From Dipteris shenzhenensis (Eukaryota), in the NCBI GenBank assembly GCA_047967505.1, contig CM106538.1: a DNA stretch of 64,000 nt; one strand, 5' to 3'. A program made the translations under genes and the position numbers. The number at the start of each line of letters is the position of its first letter. Position 1 is the stretch's first letter. This document shows positions 34,301 through 47,499 of this stretch, piece by piece. Below the pieces are notes generated by a model, which worked only from the letters and a program-made list of their open reading frames with translations, did no database searches and was not told the origin of the DNA.

Positions 34301-37300
34301 TCAGAGTGATTTTTGATGGCTACAAATGCCTAGTTTATGATCTTCATGATGACAATGCCATAGTTCTCACTGGCACTTTGCAAAAGGGGCTTTATCACCT
34401 TGATCATCACTCAACTGCACTTTCTATTGAAGCATTTGCCATTTCAGATTCACAGCTTGCTGAAACTCATCTTTGGCATGAGAGAATGGGCCATCTCAAT
34501 TATAGAGCTCTTGCAAAGCTACATTCACAACACATGGCAAATGATGTACCTCAAACTCACACAGTTTCCAAACATGTGTGTGAGGGTTGTCTTTTGGGTA
34601 AGATGCATCGGTTTCCTTTTCAAAAAAAAGGTCCAAAACTCTCACAAAGGAAATTACAGCTAGTGCACAGTGATGTCTATGGCCCAATGAGGACAAATGC
34701 CATTGGGGGGTACAAATATTTCATAACTCTCATTGATGACTTCACAAGATATTGCTGGATATATCCTTTAAAAGCCAAATCTGAAGTTTTCTTATATGCT
34801 TTCAGAGGTGGCTGAATATGGTTGAGAATGAATCAAATGCAAGCTTGTCACCCTCAACATAGATAGGGGGGAAGAGTATATGTCAAAGGAGTTTCATGCA
34901 TTTCTGTCTTCACGGGGCATTATTCACTCATGCACTACTCCTTACACTCCTTAGTGAATCCTGTTTCTGAAAGGAAAAACAGGTCCACAATGGAGATGGC
35001 CAGATGCATGCTTAAGGCCAAGTCTTTGCCCAATAAATTTTGGCTTGATGCAATGACGTGTGCCAACTATGTGCTGAATAGATCACCTACACGGGCATTG
35101 AAGATTGTTACACCTTATGAAGCATAGCAAGGTAGGAAGCCTTCACTTTCACACATGAGAGTTTTTGGGTCTCTTGCATATGTTCATGTACCATCTCAGC
35201 TGAGACATAAGCTTGATGACAAGGCAATCAAATGCATATTTATTGGTTACAACCAGGAGAGTAGAGGGTATCAGTTATACCAACCAAATACTGGGAAGAT
35301 TATTGTCAGTAGAGATGTAATCTTTGCTGAACATTCAGCTTCTCCTCTTGTGGACTGCAAAGCTAAGCCAGATGTTGACATGTTTGATGCCTTTGAATCT
35401 TGGTTACCTCTACCATCCTCAAAAGAGGACTTTGACCAGCAACATGAGCCTCCTGCAGGCCCTCCACCAAGCAATAATCAGCCACTACCCCATGCTGATT
35501 TGCAGGTTTCTCTTCCGGTACAAAATGATCCCACTATTCATGATGCTGTCATTGAAGAAAGAGCTGTAAATAGACAGCAAAGGCAGGTTCCCAAATGGCT
35601 TCTTGATACATTGAGGGACAGCAAACAAGATCAGCCTTTTGCTGCCCCGACAAGATCAGGGAATAGACAGATGCATGGTCACTTTCTTGAGTTTGCACTC
35701 CTTGCTACAGCATGCAATGAAGAGCCCTTGTGCCATAAAGATGCTTTTGACAGCAAAGAGTGGATGGATGCAATGAGAGCTGAGTTACAATCCATTGCCA
35801 AAAATGACACATGGGAATTGGTGGTACCCGGTGGGTCTACAAATTAAAAAGGAAATCTGATGGCAGTATAGATCGACACAAAACCCGTCTTGTTGCAAAA
35901 GGGTATGCCCAACAACAAGGCATTGACTTTGAAGAGACATTTGCTCCTACATCCAGGATTACTACCATTAGATGTGTCATTGCCATTGCAGCCCATCATC
36001 ATTGGCAAGTGCACCAACTTGACATCAAGACTGCTTTTCTTCATAGGGATTTGCAGGAAGAAGTATATGTCACACAACCTCCTGGCTTTGAGGTTGTTAA
36101 TTCTGAAAATAAGGTATGCCAGCTTAGAAAAGCCCTTTATGGTTTAAAGCAAGCCCCCAGGGCATGGTATGCCAAAATTCATGCACACTTACTATCCCTT
36201 GGTTTTCAGAATAGTCCCACAGAACCCACTCTTTATGTCCGTGGGAGTGGATCTGATTTTTTAGTGCTGATTTTATATGTGGACGATATGCTCATCACGG
36301 GCCCAAATACTCAGCAAATTGCAGCTTTCAAGGCTAATTTGCAGCAGATTTTTGACATGTCAGACATGGGACAGCTCCATTATTATTTGGGCATTCAGTT
36401 TGCTCATGTTGAGGGGGGTATCATGATGTCTCAGTCCAAGTATATTGAACAGCTCCTTGATCGTTTTCAGTTTGAGGATTGCAAGCCAATCTCTACTCCA
36501 GTGGACCCTGGCTTCAAATTCTCAGCTCATGATGGGAGCCCACCATGTGATATCACTCTTTATCGGCAAGCTGTTGGATGCCTTATTTATCTATGTCACA
36601 CCAAACCTGACTTACAGTATGCAGTATCTCAGCTCAGCAGATTCATGCACATGCCCAGTTCACAACATTGGCAGGCAGTGAAGAGAGTCTTCAGATATCT
36701 AAAGGGGAACTCAGGATTTAGCCCTCTTCTATGGTGATCAGGGTTCACTTACCATGCATGCTTACACGGATAGTGACTGGGCAGGATGTTCCGACACCAG
36801 AGTGTCACATACTAGTAATTGTTTTTTGCTTGGCAATTCATGTATCTCTTGGCTCAGCAAGAAGCAACCAACAGTTGCCACATCTAGCTGTGAGGCTGAG
36901 TACAAGGCAGCTTTCACCGCTACAGAAGAGTGTGTTTGGCTTCGACAGTTACTTACAGATCTTGGTATTTGCCAGACATCCTCCACTATTGTCTACACTG
37001 ACAGCCAGAGTGCTTTGGCCATTGCGCATAACCCAGTGTTTCATGCGCGTACCAAGCATATTGAAGTTCACTATCATTATGTTCGGGAGCGGTTGTCAGC
37101 AGGAGACATAGAGTTGTCCTATCTTCCCACAGAGGACAACATAGCATATATGTTTGCAAAGGCACTTCCTCGTCCCAAGTTCGAAGTCTTCCGACAGGCT
37201 TTACACTTGGTTCCCTTTGTTACATGATCTGACATCCCTTGTACATTCATAGGTGGCTATATCCTTTCGGATGAACATGTGCCACCATGACCAGAAAATA

Positions 37301-37614
37301 CCAAGTATCCTGAGACGTTTCCAGAGTACTTCAGCCCATCCCATGGAGGGGGGTTTGTAGGCCATCTCCTAGTGGTTCTAGTGATGCCCTATAGGCCATG
37401 GTATGTGCCTTGTAGGCATAAATATAGGCACTTGTAGTGTTAGTGCCTTTTAGGCCACGTAGGACACTTAGTCCTATGTGACACCTAGGACACTTAGTCC
37501 TAGGTCTAGGTACAAGTACTTTGTACTCTCTATTTTCATTATCCTAGTTGACGTGACGGCTAAGACTAGTGCGACTCTTTGCTACCTGCACTCTTTCTTT
37601 CATTCGATCCTACA
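31341..37614 (+). mobile_element. Full-length decayed Ty1/Copia LTR retrotransposon in intron 2
   Basis: 259-bp LTRs 31341..31599 and 37356..37614 (about 9 mismatches); TSD ATTTG; PBS TGGTATCAGAGC 31601-31612; PPT GGAGGGGGG. Confidence 0.95.
33010..37227 (+). pseudogene. Frameshifted Copia gag-pol
   Basis: Fragmented ORFs 33010-34231 (CNYCHKPGHDISEC, WYFDS), 34228-35847 (integrase), 35811-36737 (QLDIKTAF, YVDDML) and 36754-37227 (RNase H). Confidence 0.9.
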
Positions 37615-37804
37615 ATTTGAAGGAAGGCACTAGAGCCATAACCCTCTCACATCCACCAAGCCCAATCTCGATTCTAGACATGGTAACAACATATGGAAGG
37701 TTTTTTAGTTTTAACATGAAGCTGCCACGGCTCAGAGTCACACTTTTCTATAGGCAAAAGTATCACTTATGTAATGAAATGGTCTTTTTTTTCAAATAGA
37801 AAAT

Positions 37805-38947
37805 TGTTAGAAATCGACCAACAAAGGGTATGTACAGCGGAAGACTCATAGAATAGCCCAAGAGTTCACACAGTGCGGTGTGTGGAATCACAAACTTCTT
37901 AACTTAATGTGCATCATATAGATGTGCAGACTCATCATAGACAATGAACCAGCTAGATATAGAAGCCACCAAAATAATATATATCCGTCCAAAGCTATGG
38001 ACACAATACAAAAGAGATAGATCCAGAGTCCCACCAATGGTATGGTAGTCTGATCTTACCACAAGGTATGTCTCTTATCTGCCAGCTATCTCTAGACTCG
38101 AGCCCGCGTGCTCCACCTTGAGCTTCTACAGACTTCCTGTCCATATCAAAACACCTTGCTGCCCTACACGACAGCCAAGGTTCAGCCCTGGATAAACTCT
38201 ATCTGCAGCAACTCCTAGTCTCCTCTGCCTCCTAGATGTAGGCCTGAGGGTGTGAGTATAGCTGCTCCTGCTGCTCCTCTGATGGCTGACTTGTTGAATG
38301 AATTATGCCCCCCCAAAGGGCTCCTTTTATAGGGGCAGATGGCTCCTCAAAGTCCACTGACCAGCAGGGTGCTGGCCGACTTAACTGCCCCTCCAACCAA
38401 CCCCACCAGCCCTTGTTTATAGGGCTGTGGGCACACCTCTTAGGGCTGTGTGCTGGCCGACCTAGTTGGCCAGCCGACCAGCCAGCTTAGCCCTATATAA
38501 GGGCATGCCACTGCCCACTAGCAGCCCTTCTTTGCTGCGCCACCTGGCCTCCATGCAAGCGCCTCCAAGATCTGCTGGTTCCGCGTTCAACTAGGCCATG
38601 TCCACGGATCCAAGGATCTGCACCAGTCCCGTACAGGCACGTGTACTCACCCGTACTAGAGAAGCTGGTGTTCCGTACTGTTCCTTCAGGGATCCTCCAC
38701 CTCAGTGCTTTGATCTTTGTACTGCCCACATGACAGCCTGTTTGCTGTCCATGTGGCAGCCCCTTTTCTTCTCTCTTGGCTGTGAGGTGCTGTCCATGTG
38801 GCAGCCCCCTCCCTTGCTGTATTGTTGTTTGATCCTCATGGCAACCACCATGTTTCCCATGTGACCATCTCTCAGATCCTAGGTCCACCTCCCCCCCATG
38901 CTATCCTCATGTGGGGGATTACAGATGGGGAGGTGACCTTTCCAACA
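37805..38947 (-). mobile_element. Solo LTR (1143 bp)
   Basis: Termini TGTTAGAAA...TTTCCAACA; TSD AAAAT on both sides (37800-37804, 38948-38952); TATA-like CTATAAAAGG on the minus strand near 38330; no coding domains. Confidence 0.85.
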
Positions 38948-39129
38948 AAAATAACACCTTTCATGCCAACCTTAAGCATGTCCAACTACAACTGACATAT
39001 ACTCATAGGGATGATTACTCTAGGTTGTCCCTAAACCCAACCCAAGGCTTATCTCAAGAACTTTGCTTAATTTCCTATAAACTAGCTTGTAGCCATAGGT
39101 CTTGCCTCTTCTTATTTGTCCTCTAATTT

Positions 39130-40830
39130 GATGAGATGACGATGGCACCATTAGGTCCATGAAGCCGCATTAGAAGATGTAAAGAATGTGCTCTCCTAAA
39201 GTCCATCTACATTCTCAAAACCTACATTTAGAAATAAGTCAAGAAAAGTCTCATACTACATAGATGATAGCAACGAGTCAAAGATCAAGAGTCAAGACTT
39301 GAGTCTCATGTTTCAAGTACAAGTGTTCAAACTTCAAGGTCCACAATTGCCTAAGATTCCCCCCGGTGTCATCTTCATCCATCGGAACCTGAACAAATGG
39401 AGGCTTGGACTGAAGGCATTTGAGTGAACGACCTGTGATGAGATGGAACATAGGAGGAGCAGCAAGTGCTTCAGTAGCAAAAGATATACATCGTGCAGAG
39501 AGAAAATGCAAACTCACAAAAACTGACGACCAAGTAACCACGTGAGTATTGTCAGAACTGCAACAGCAGACATGACAATGGTTGGACGGCAATGTCAGAA
39601 GGGCAATTTTAAATATGTTTCTGGTTGGAGCATGTAGACAAAACTAGTCGATGACCAGCAAACTGTCAAGACAGATTTATAATAGTGGGAAGATCTGCAT
39701 TTGATTAATTAAAGAACAGACATGAGAAATGAAGGAAACGGCCTGCAAAGACGAGGAAAATGACAACTATTCCAAAAATAAAAACCTGTTCAGCAAGTTC
39801 TCCAAGCGAATGGCGACGAAATCTTATTTGGTGACAGCTGCAGTAGACTTGCGTTTCCCTTTAATGTGGCAGTGACCTGATCATCGACAACAGATCTGGA
39901 GTGGTGCCTTCTTGTCCAACGATAAAAGCATTCTTTCAATTTTAATGTAAAAGAGTGGCAGTAGTAGAAAACAGCACCGTTTACTGAAAGATAATGATGA
40001 CAGCTCTTCTTGGTCGCTGTAGATAACAGCAATGCTGCTTCAGGAGCGTAGATAGAATATGATTGTCGACTGTTATAGCCTAGCATCATTGGCGACGTTT
40101 TTCAACAGTGGCAAGCAACATGATAATGGTGATGCGAATCTGCAAGGCAACTTGAGAAAGCATCGTGATATCAGCCTTAGGAAGACATTGTGAGCACAGT
40201 GCCAGCGTGGGAAGAGCTGCAGAAATCAAAGGTTGAAGCTGAGCAGGATGGCAACATCAGATCTCCTCCTCCTCTTTGGTTTTGTCCTCTTCCTCTTTGA
40301 AACCAGTAGTGGAAGCAGGAGGCTACTGGTGAAGGAAAAGAGCCATGATAGAGAGAGAGAGAGAGAAAGGAAGTATGCAAGGGTAAGTTGATAACACCAA
40401 AAGATCAAGTGCAATGATCACAAATAGAATCCAAGTACATATAGGCACAAGGACTATATCTTTGACAATAGCTATGATGCCATGTCCATGAGCTTATCCA
40501 CTCCCAAAGGTCACTTGACCCTTCAAACACTCCAAAACACAACGAGATAATATCTAATACCCACAGAGCAGAAGCCGGCTGAGATGCAGATGTAGGAGGC
40601 AATTCAAGCTGAGGATCCAATATATTGTAGACTCGAAGGAGGAGTTAGACCAGATGCGAACCACGGATTGGTTTGAGGATGATATTTCTCCATCTTCCTC
40701 TTCAAAGGACACAGCATCTGATCATAGTGATAAGGGTGACAACAGACATTGAAGTAGGCTTATCTCTAGAGTTTAGGCCCTTGGGTCTAAAGAATAGAGA
40801 CAATTCGTTTCTAGCGCTCCAGCAGCCCAG
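39130..40830 (-). mobile_element. Possible highly degenerate Copia-like pol remnant
   Basis: Only weak motifs on the minus strand: FVYMLQPE (~39620-39645) and ISFATEALA (~39465-39490). Boundaries uncertain. Confidence 0.3.
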
Positions 40831-41042
40831 CTACTTATATGTTTTGTTATAAACTTATGATCCATGGACCATGTATATTTCATATATATTTTGACTCTTC
40901 CAGTTTTGAGTCTTTACTCTTGAGCATTTTCAAATTGGCATTGAAAGTGTTGAAATTTAAAACTTGAATCTTGATTTAATCATGCACGCACAGTGACACA
41001 AACACACACATGCATAGAGGACACACACACATTATAAATGTA

Positions 41043-41165
41043 TGCGTGTGTGTGTGTTGGGGGGGGGGGGGGAGCTATGAATGTAAATGCTTTCTTAATG
41101 TAAATTTCCTTCTACCCCCCCAAAAAAAAATGTGTGTGTGTGTGTGGGTGGGGGGGGGGGGGGGG

Positions 41166-41198
<33 letters not shown>
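41043..41198. repeat. Compound microsatellite (GT)n, poly-G and (GA)n
   Basis: Directly visible. Confidence 0.9.
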
Positions 41199-41203
<5 letters not shown>

Positions 41204-41530
41204 ATAATTGACAGGTTCTATATTAATAATTATGGATACAATATTTTACATACTTTATATGCATTTCCAGGTGAAACTCCTATGAAAATTACGAAATGTT
41301 TCTGTTTGAAACCTACAAAACAAGTTTCACACAATGGTTCTCGAAACTCAGCCTTTGAAAAACTCAGCCTTTTTTTCGTACCCTTGTAGTCACTTCTTCA
41401 CCGCTTAACTAGGAGTTTTGTTTCTAAAGCATGCTTCATTTTATGATCGACTACTTTCATTTCTATTTCGAACTCTATCTCTAATGCAATGAGCCCAAAG
41501 GGCAACCAAAAGAGAGGTTACACCCATTAC

Positions 41531-41694
41531 CTCATCACCAGTAGGAATGCCACGGCGTTTAACATCGCCAACTGTTCGTATGGCATCTGTAACTCGCAAG
41601 GATGCAGATAGTCCCCTTACTAGAGCAATGTAGGTCTTCACATCTGGTGGAGCCCATCTCCAACCCACCATTAAATCATCCCCAACACTATTTC
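41531..41694 (-). CDS. Exon 2 (GNSVGDDLMVGWRWAPPDVKTYIALVRGLSASLRVTDAIRTVGDVKRRGIPTGDE)
   Basis: Acceptor TGATAG|, donor GAG|GTAATG; PPR-like PDVKTY.ALVRGL motif. Confidence 0.88.
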
Positions 41695-42029
41695 CTATCA
41701 AAACAAAGCAATCATCATAAAGAGATCAAGGCCAATGGCACAAATGCTTATCATAGCATAAATTGCACTCATGTATGTAATGAGAGGAATATATTTTTCA
41801 ACAATATACACACACATGCCAATATATAAATAAGGAAAGAAAAAAAACCAACCACAGATCCACAACTTTGTTAAAGCTGAAAGCTTTCAAAATATATCCA
41901 GATGAGTCGAGGAACGTGCCAAACTCATCCTTTGAAAGCTTTTAAAATATCAAAAAATAGAGCCAATATGTACTTCAAAATCTTTATCACAGCATTAATT
42001 ACTGCCACATGTGTAAAAAAACATGCACC

Positions 42030-42714
42030 TCCCTTGATCCTGAACTGGTCCTTCAGGCAAGCTTCCTGCAGCTCCAATCTGCTCCCAGAACTGGTACTCC
42101 AATGGATGAGCAATGAGGCCAAGAGTGCTCCCTTTTATAGGGCTGGACGCCCTCCAATTCTGCCTGGCCAGACTGGCTGCCCCACTAATCTGTGGGGCCG
42201 ACCCTGTTGGGCTGGTTCTGGCCAGCCTTTGCTGGCCTGCTGGTCCCGCCTGGCCACATGGCACACAGCCAATGACCCAGGCCATACACAGCCCCTGTTG
42301 GGGTCTATTCTTGCCCCGAACTTGTCCATATCCTCTGGCAAACAGCCGCCTGCAGGTCCTCTGCAACCCGCCTCTGTTCTGGTCCTGTCCAGGCCCTGGA
42401 TCCTCTGCCCACAGTGCCATACAGCCTGCTGCATCATTCCGTAAATAACCACACACAGGCACCTCCTGTCCGTACTGCTGAATTCACCCGCCACACTGTG
42501 AATCCTGCACAGATCTGCTCCAGAAAGTCCCTGCCAGCCACGTGACTGTTATCTATATGCTGCCATGTGGCAGCCCTTTGTTCCATGTTAGATCTGACCA
42601 TGTGGCATTCCAGATCAATGCTCACATGTCTTCCAACACACACTGGTACACCTCACCTTTGCTCTCCTCATCTGCGGACTCACAAATGGGGAGGTGACCA
42701 CACAAATTCCAACA
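42030..42714 (-). mobile_element. Partial LTR related to the 37805..38947 solo LTR
   Basis: Shares the GGGGAGGTGACC...TTCCAACA terminus, CCTTTTATAGGG and CCATGTGGCAGCCC boxes. Confidence 0.65.
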
Positions 42715-45700
42715 CATACTGCCAGGTAGGCTTCACAAACGAAAGGTGCAACCATGAAAAGAGAGCTGCCAGCCCTCATTCTTCATCTCATCCAATAACA
42801 GCACTAGCCGTAGCTACAGCAGCAACACCAGAAAGGTCAAAATTCAGTAACACAAGACATGCAGCACCGTATATGTGACACACAGGCAACGACCACTTAA
42901 CAAGCATTAGATAGCACCTTCTTCTCCAATGTTACCGATGGCTTTGACTAGGCGCTTCCTTATCTAAGCTCGTCACAGTAGGAGTGTTTCTTTTCTCTTT
43001 CTTAATCTCCATAGTCACCTAATTTCTAACCCATTGAATCCTTGCCACCCTTAGGCTTACCCTAATCGGGCTCGCGATTGCCTTTTCATCTTGCAAAGAA
43101 GGCCTTATCTTCACCTCAACCATACATCTTTCTCTACAGCCTCCCCCCTGCAACACCAAAGGCCCATCTCTTTAAAAGAAAGAGGCTTGAAGTAGTCTCC
43201 AGCTGTAATGTTGTGACAAACCCTACGAAACTCTTGAAAAACGAGCATGGGCAACTCAGTCATGTCCACTCTTGTGACCAATTGCTATCAAATGCTCCTT
43301 GATAACCTTTAACTGTGTGAGATTGTTTTACTCCCTATCCCCATCCTCAAGTGGACAATTGATTTTAGAGGAAGAGGATGAAGACTGGCGGACAGTCTAC
43401 TGCACTAAATGGAGAAAGGGGGGCCTTGTATAGGCTGCAACTCTCCCCCTATAGCATTTCAGTCAGAACGTAACATGACCTCGGATAGGTCAATGACAAG
43501 AAATCGTTAAGAGACCAATGGTAATGTATATATTTTTGAAGTGTTATAAGGATTGGTCAAGGATTTAGTTGTTGAGGTCTTCAATGATCGGAGTCCAAGA
43601 TGATAGGAGGCTCCAAGGCTCCCATGCACAATAAATGGGTTAATTCCTTAGCCATGCTGCTTGGGGCAAGTGCCTAGGGGCAAAGATGAGGTTCGTGATT
43701 AAAAATGACCAACGGGGTTTTATTGAATATGCATGGGAAGGGGTTTTAACGTTAGCCAATGGCCAAATTTAGCAAGGTTTCTAGGGACATGGGAGCATAA
43801 GCTTACACACTCGATTTGAAAGTGCATCCATTTGTGTGATTGAATCACCCAAGCCGGGCCATTGGGAACGCAGCAGAGGTGTGAAGTTTGTGCAATTGGT
43901 TGGGTGGATAAAGTAACTCCGACACAGGTAAGTAGTTCAAGCAGAGAAAGTGATCTTGATTGTAACATTTTGGTATTAGAGCATAGGAAGCGTGGATAAA
44001 TGAATGCTATTGAGCAGAAGATCCTGCTGATGGAGAATGGACTGCATTTCTGAGTTGACCATCTTGTGACGACAAGTAAGAAAAAGATGTGCATAAAAGA
44101 ATCATCTAGATTGGTGTGTTGATCGTAGTATTTGGAGTAGGGGCAGACGTTTGTAGCACGTCAGTGTGAAAAGAAGATAGGGTGCAAACTAAGTGGAACA
44201 CAAGGGGGCTTGTATCATCGTGGTGCAGCATAAAGCAGAGCAAGTGAACTCTGCTGGAAATCTCAAGTCCATGTGGTCATTCACAACAATGGTTCTCTTT
44301 TGCATTTACTTGACGAAGATCGCCTCATGATCATCAATAGTGTCGCCCAAACTGTAGCTAACTTTACAGTCACCGTCAACCTCAAATCATAGACCTTCAT
44401 AACTGTTGCGATCAACCATGCCTAAGTCACTCACCGAGTTGCCCGTCAACAGAGTTGGTGGTCATCATACACCTCGGCTCAATCAATTGTACCACTCACT
44501 CAGTAACTACGTCACCCTTGTGGCTAGCATTCATCCTTGAGATGCGTCGCTTCAATAGACCGATGGAGGTGTGCATCAATTGCTACAACAACCTGACCTG
44601 AGCACCTTGCATTTGTCTTGCTCCGCTCAGGAGATAGCTGATACGTTTTCAAACTGAACCTCGAATTGCAGATTGAATCAAGGAGTTGTTTCCATGTCTC
44701 AATCGGCTTTATGTTGTAAGCAGTTTTAAGTTCTAGTTATTGCGAGTTTTGAAGGCAACGCTTGAAAAGCATCAATAGATATACATAAAGAGTTTTAGGA
44801 AAGAGAACGAAAGAGAAAAGGTCACTAAGGCTGCAGCCTGCATAGGAAGCCTTTTATTCCTTTTGAATTCAGTTTTGGTTAGAATTTTGGAATTCCTTTG
44901 GTTCGTAAGTTACAGTTTTTGTAGTTATTTGGATTGCAAATATTCCCCTAGTATAGGTAAAAGGCACTAGTTTTAGTCGTCGCTCGTGAATTGGGGTATT
45001 TTCAACTTTCAGAGTTTGCTGTGACTTCCCTAGCATAGGGAAAAAAGATCAATTTTTGGGTTTAGTAGAGTTTTTTTTTAATAACCCAACCAAACAAACC
45101 AACACAAGGCAAGGTCAAACTCAAATTGGATATGGAAAGAGAAAACCACTTAGAAATAGAGGTAGATGACAATATGTCTTGTGTGAACCCCATAGCATAG
45201 GGTGTCCACCCAATACAATAGGTATCACCCCATGGCACATGAACTAGTTCATTAAATCCTAGAATTGAGAATTTAGAGGAAGCCTTATAGCAGTTAATGG
45301 CAGTTAATGGGACAACAACATCATGCTAAGAGAGGGCAAGAAGAATTATGAAAAGCCATTCAATCCTTTATTGGTAGACCCTCAAGGGAAGAAGAAGTGA
45401 AAGGCATCATAGAATCAGACTCCAGTGCCCATATAATGGAAAGAGAAAAAGCCAAACAGCATGCCATAGCCAATTATAGGCTTGTGGGTAGAATGGTTGA
45501 TAGAAATTTGGACTTCATTGAAGCATGGCTTCACGAGTGGGACGAGGAGTTTGCCATATGTGAATTTCATAACAATATAATGATGCTCCGAGAGGACATG
45601 CACATGCTTACAAAAGCTCTAGATAGGTGGTGGATGAAGTAGTAGAAAGATAATGTGTCTCTAGTCACTTGGAAAAAATTTAAACTCAAGTTTAGAAAAC

Positions 45701-46917
45701 AGTTTCTATTGCCGACGAAGCTCCAAGAGCATGGGATGACAACCGGTATGTCAGACAGAGGAACTTATTAGATATACTGATAAATTCTAAGAAATTGTAA
45801 TGAAAATCATTGATCCATTACCACAATTCGTCCAAGTCAAATATTATATAGCAATAGCAATTGCATTAAACTATGAGGATCAAACCAAGTGGTTTTGCAC
45901 GCCCTAGAGCTCAGAACGAGTTCCTAACGAATCTAACTCTCCAAAGGAAATTTGTGAGAAAAGGGATAGTGCCTGGAGCCAATAATCAAGCCAAGAAGGC
46001 TAGAGTAATTGGCAGTATTTCACAACCAAGTACCACAATAGGATGAAAATAAAAACATCCCCATGGAAGCCCGGGCTTGAAAGCAAGAAGCTTTCACCTT
46101 CTCAAAAAATTTAGCTAACTCATGAACAAGAGTTGTATGCCGTGACCTATGCTTTGAAAGCATGGAGACATTATTTGTATGGTGCAGATCTTTATGTCAA
46201 TGTCAACCATGACACTCTAAAATATTTTTGTACACCTTGATTTGAGTGACCACCAAGCGAGGTGGGCAAAACTCACGTGGGAATTTCATATGGAAATTTG
46301 GTACTGAAGAGGGAAGGATAATAAATTACTGATGCGTTATAGCGCATTATGCATCCTACGAGTTTCTCAGTATTAGAAAGTGTTCTAGTGAATGAAGTAA
46401 AAGAGGACAAGTATGTCTACATGCTCATTATGATTAAACTTGGGGTTATAGATGACCTGGCACCTAGGGAAGGCCATACATGTGCAAGGTATATCATAGA
46501 TGATGTTATGCTGAAAAGAAATGGCACGGTAATCAGAATGATCTCCGCCAAAAGATCATTCATCAATGCCATGATAGACCATGTGCGGAACATCTACATG
46601 TTGAAAAGATACTTCAGCTCGTAAAGCGTGATTTCTTTTGGCAAAAAATGAAAAAGCATATTCATGAATATGTCACACAATCTTTTTCGTGCTAGGTTAG
46701 TAAGGCAGAATAGGGGAAGGCACGTGGCCTTTTACAACCATTGGAAATGCCATCAGGTAGATGGGAGAGCATTTCCATGGATTTTATAGTTGATCTGCCA
46801 CAGACACAAGGAGAATATGATTCTATCATGTGATGGCTAACTTTATTCCGACCAGAGAGTCCATAACCGAGTCAATAACTGCCCCACAAGTGCAGATTTG
46901 TATCTAAATAAAGTGTT

Positions 46918-47499
46918 TTGTTCCAGATCGATGACATCTCCCCAGCCTACCGGATACAGGGTCAGAGCATTCGGAGGATAGAGCTTCATGAGGCAGTCCC
47001 TCCTGATAGCCTAGCTCCCCTTTCTCCTCCACAGCACAACGTTTGGGAGGTAGTAGCCAGTATCACTGCGTGGAACATTTGGGTGGCTTGTTGCAGTCTC
47101 GTGATGGGTAAGCATCAGGTTCCAACCTACCATGGTCGCCATCTGGCAGGATATCATCTATACTCTACGCTCCACCTTACGCTCCACCTGGAAACGTGGG
47201 ACTCTAGGCTCTAGAGCGACTATTGAGCGGCGTGCTCGTTTCTGCAAGGCTTGGCCTGCAGGAGTCTTCTGCATCTTCACTCCACGAGGGATTCGCTAGT
47301 TGTATAGTCCCCCAACTTCGTTGTTAGCCCTAGTACCAGAGATTCCCTAGGCAGTGAACTTGGTTTCTCTAGAACAGGCCGGTTTTTCTTTCAGCCTTTT
47401 ATGGGTTTTTTTCATACTCAGCACCTTCGGGGCTGCTGTTTTGTATGAAATCTTTCAAGCATTAATAGAAGGTTCCTTTCTTTGCAATAAAATAAAATA
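46918..47499 (+). mobile_element. 5'-truncated L1-like LINE inserted in the Gypsy integrase
   Basis: 12-bp TSD AAATAAAGTGTT (46906-46917, 47500-47511); (AATAA)n tail; L1-type C-terminal W...AWNIW motif. Confidence 0.8.
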
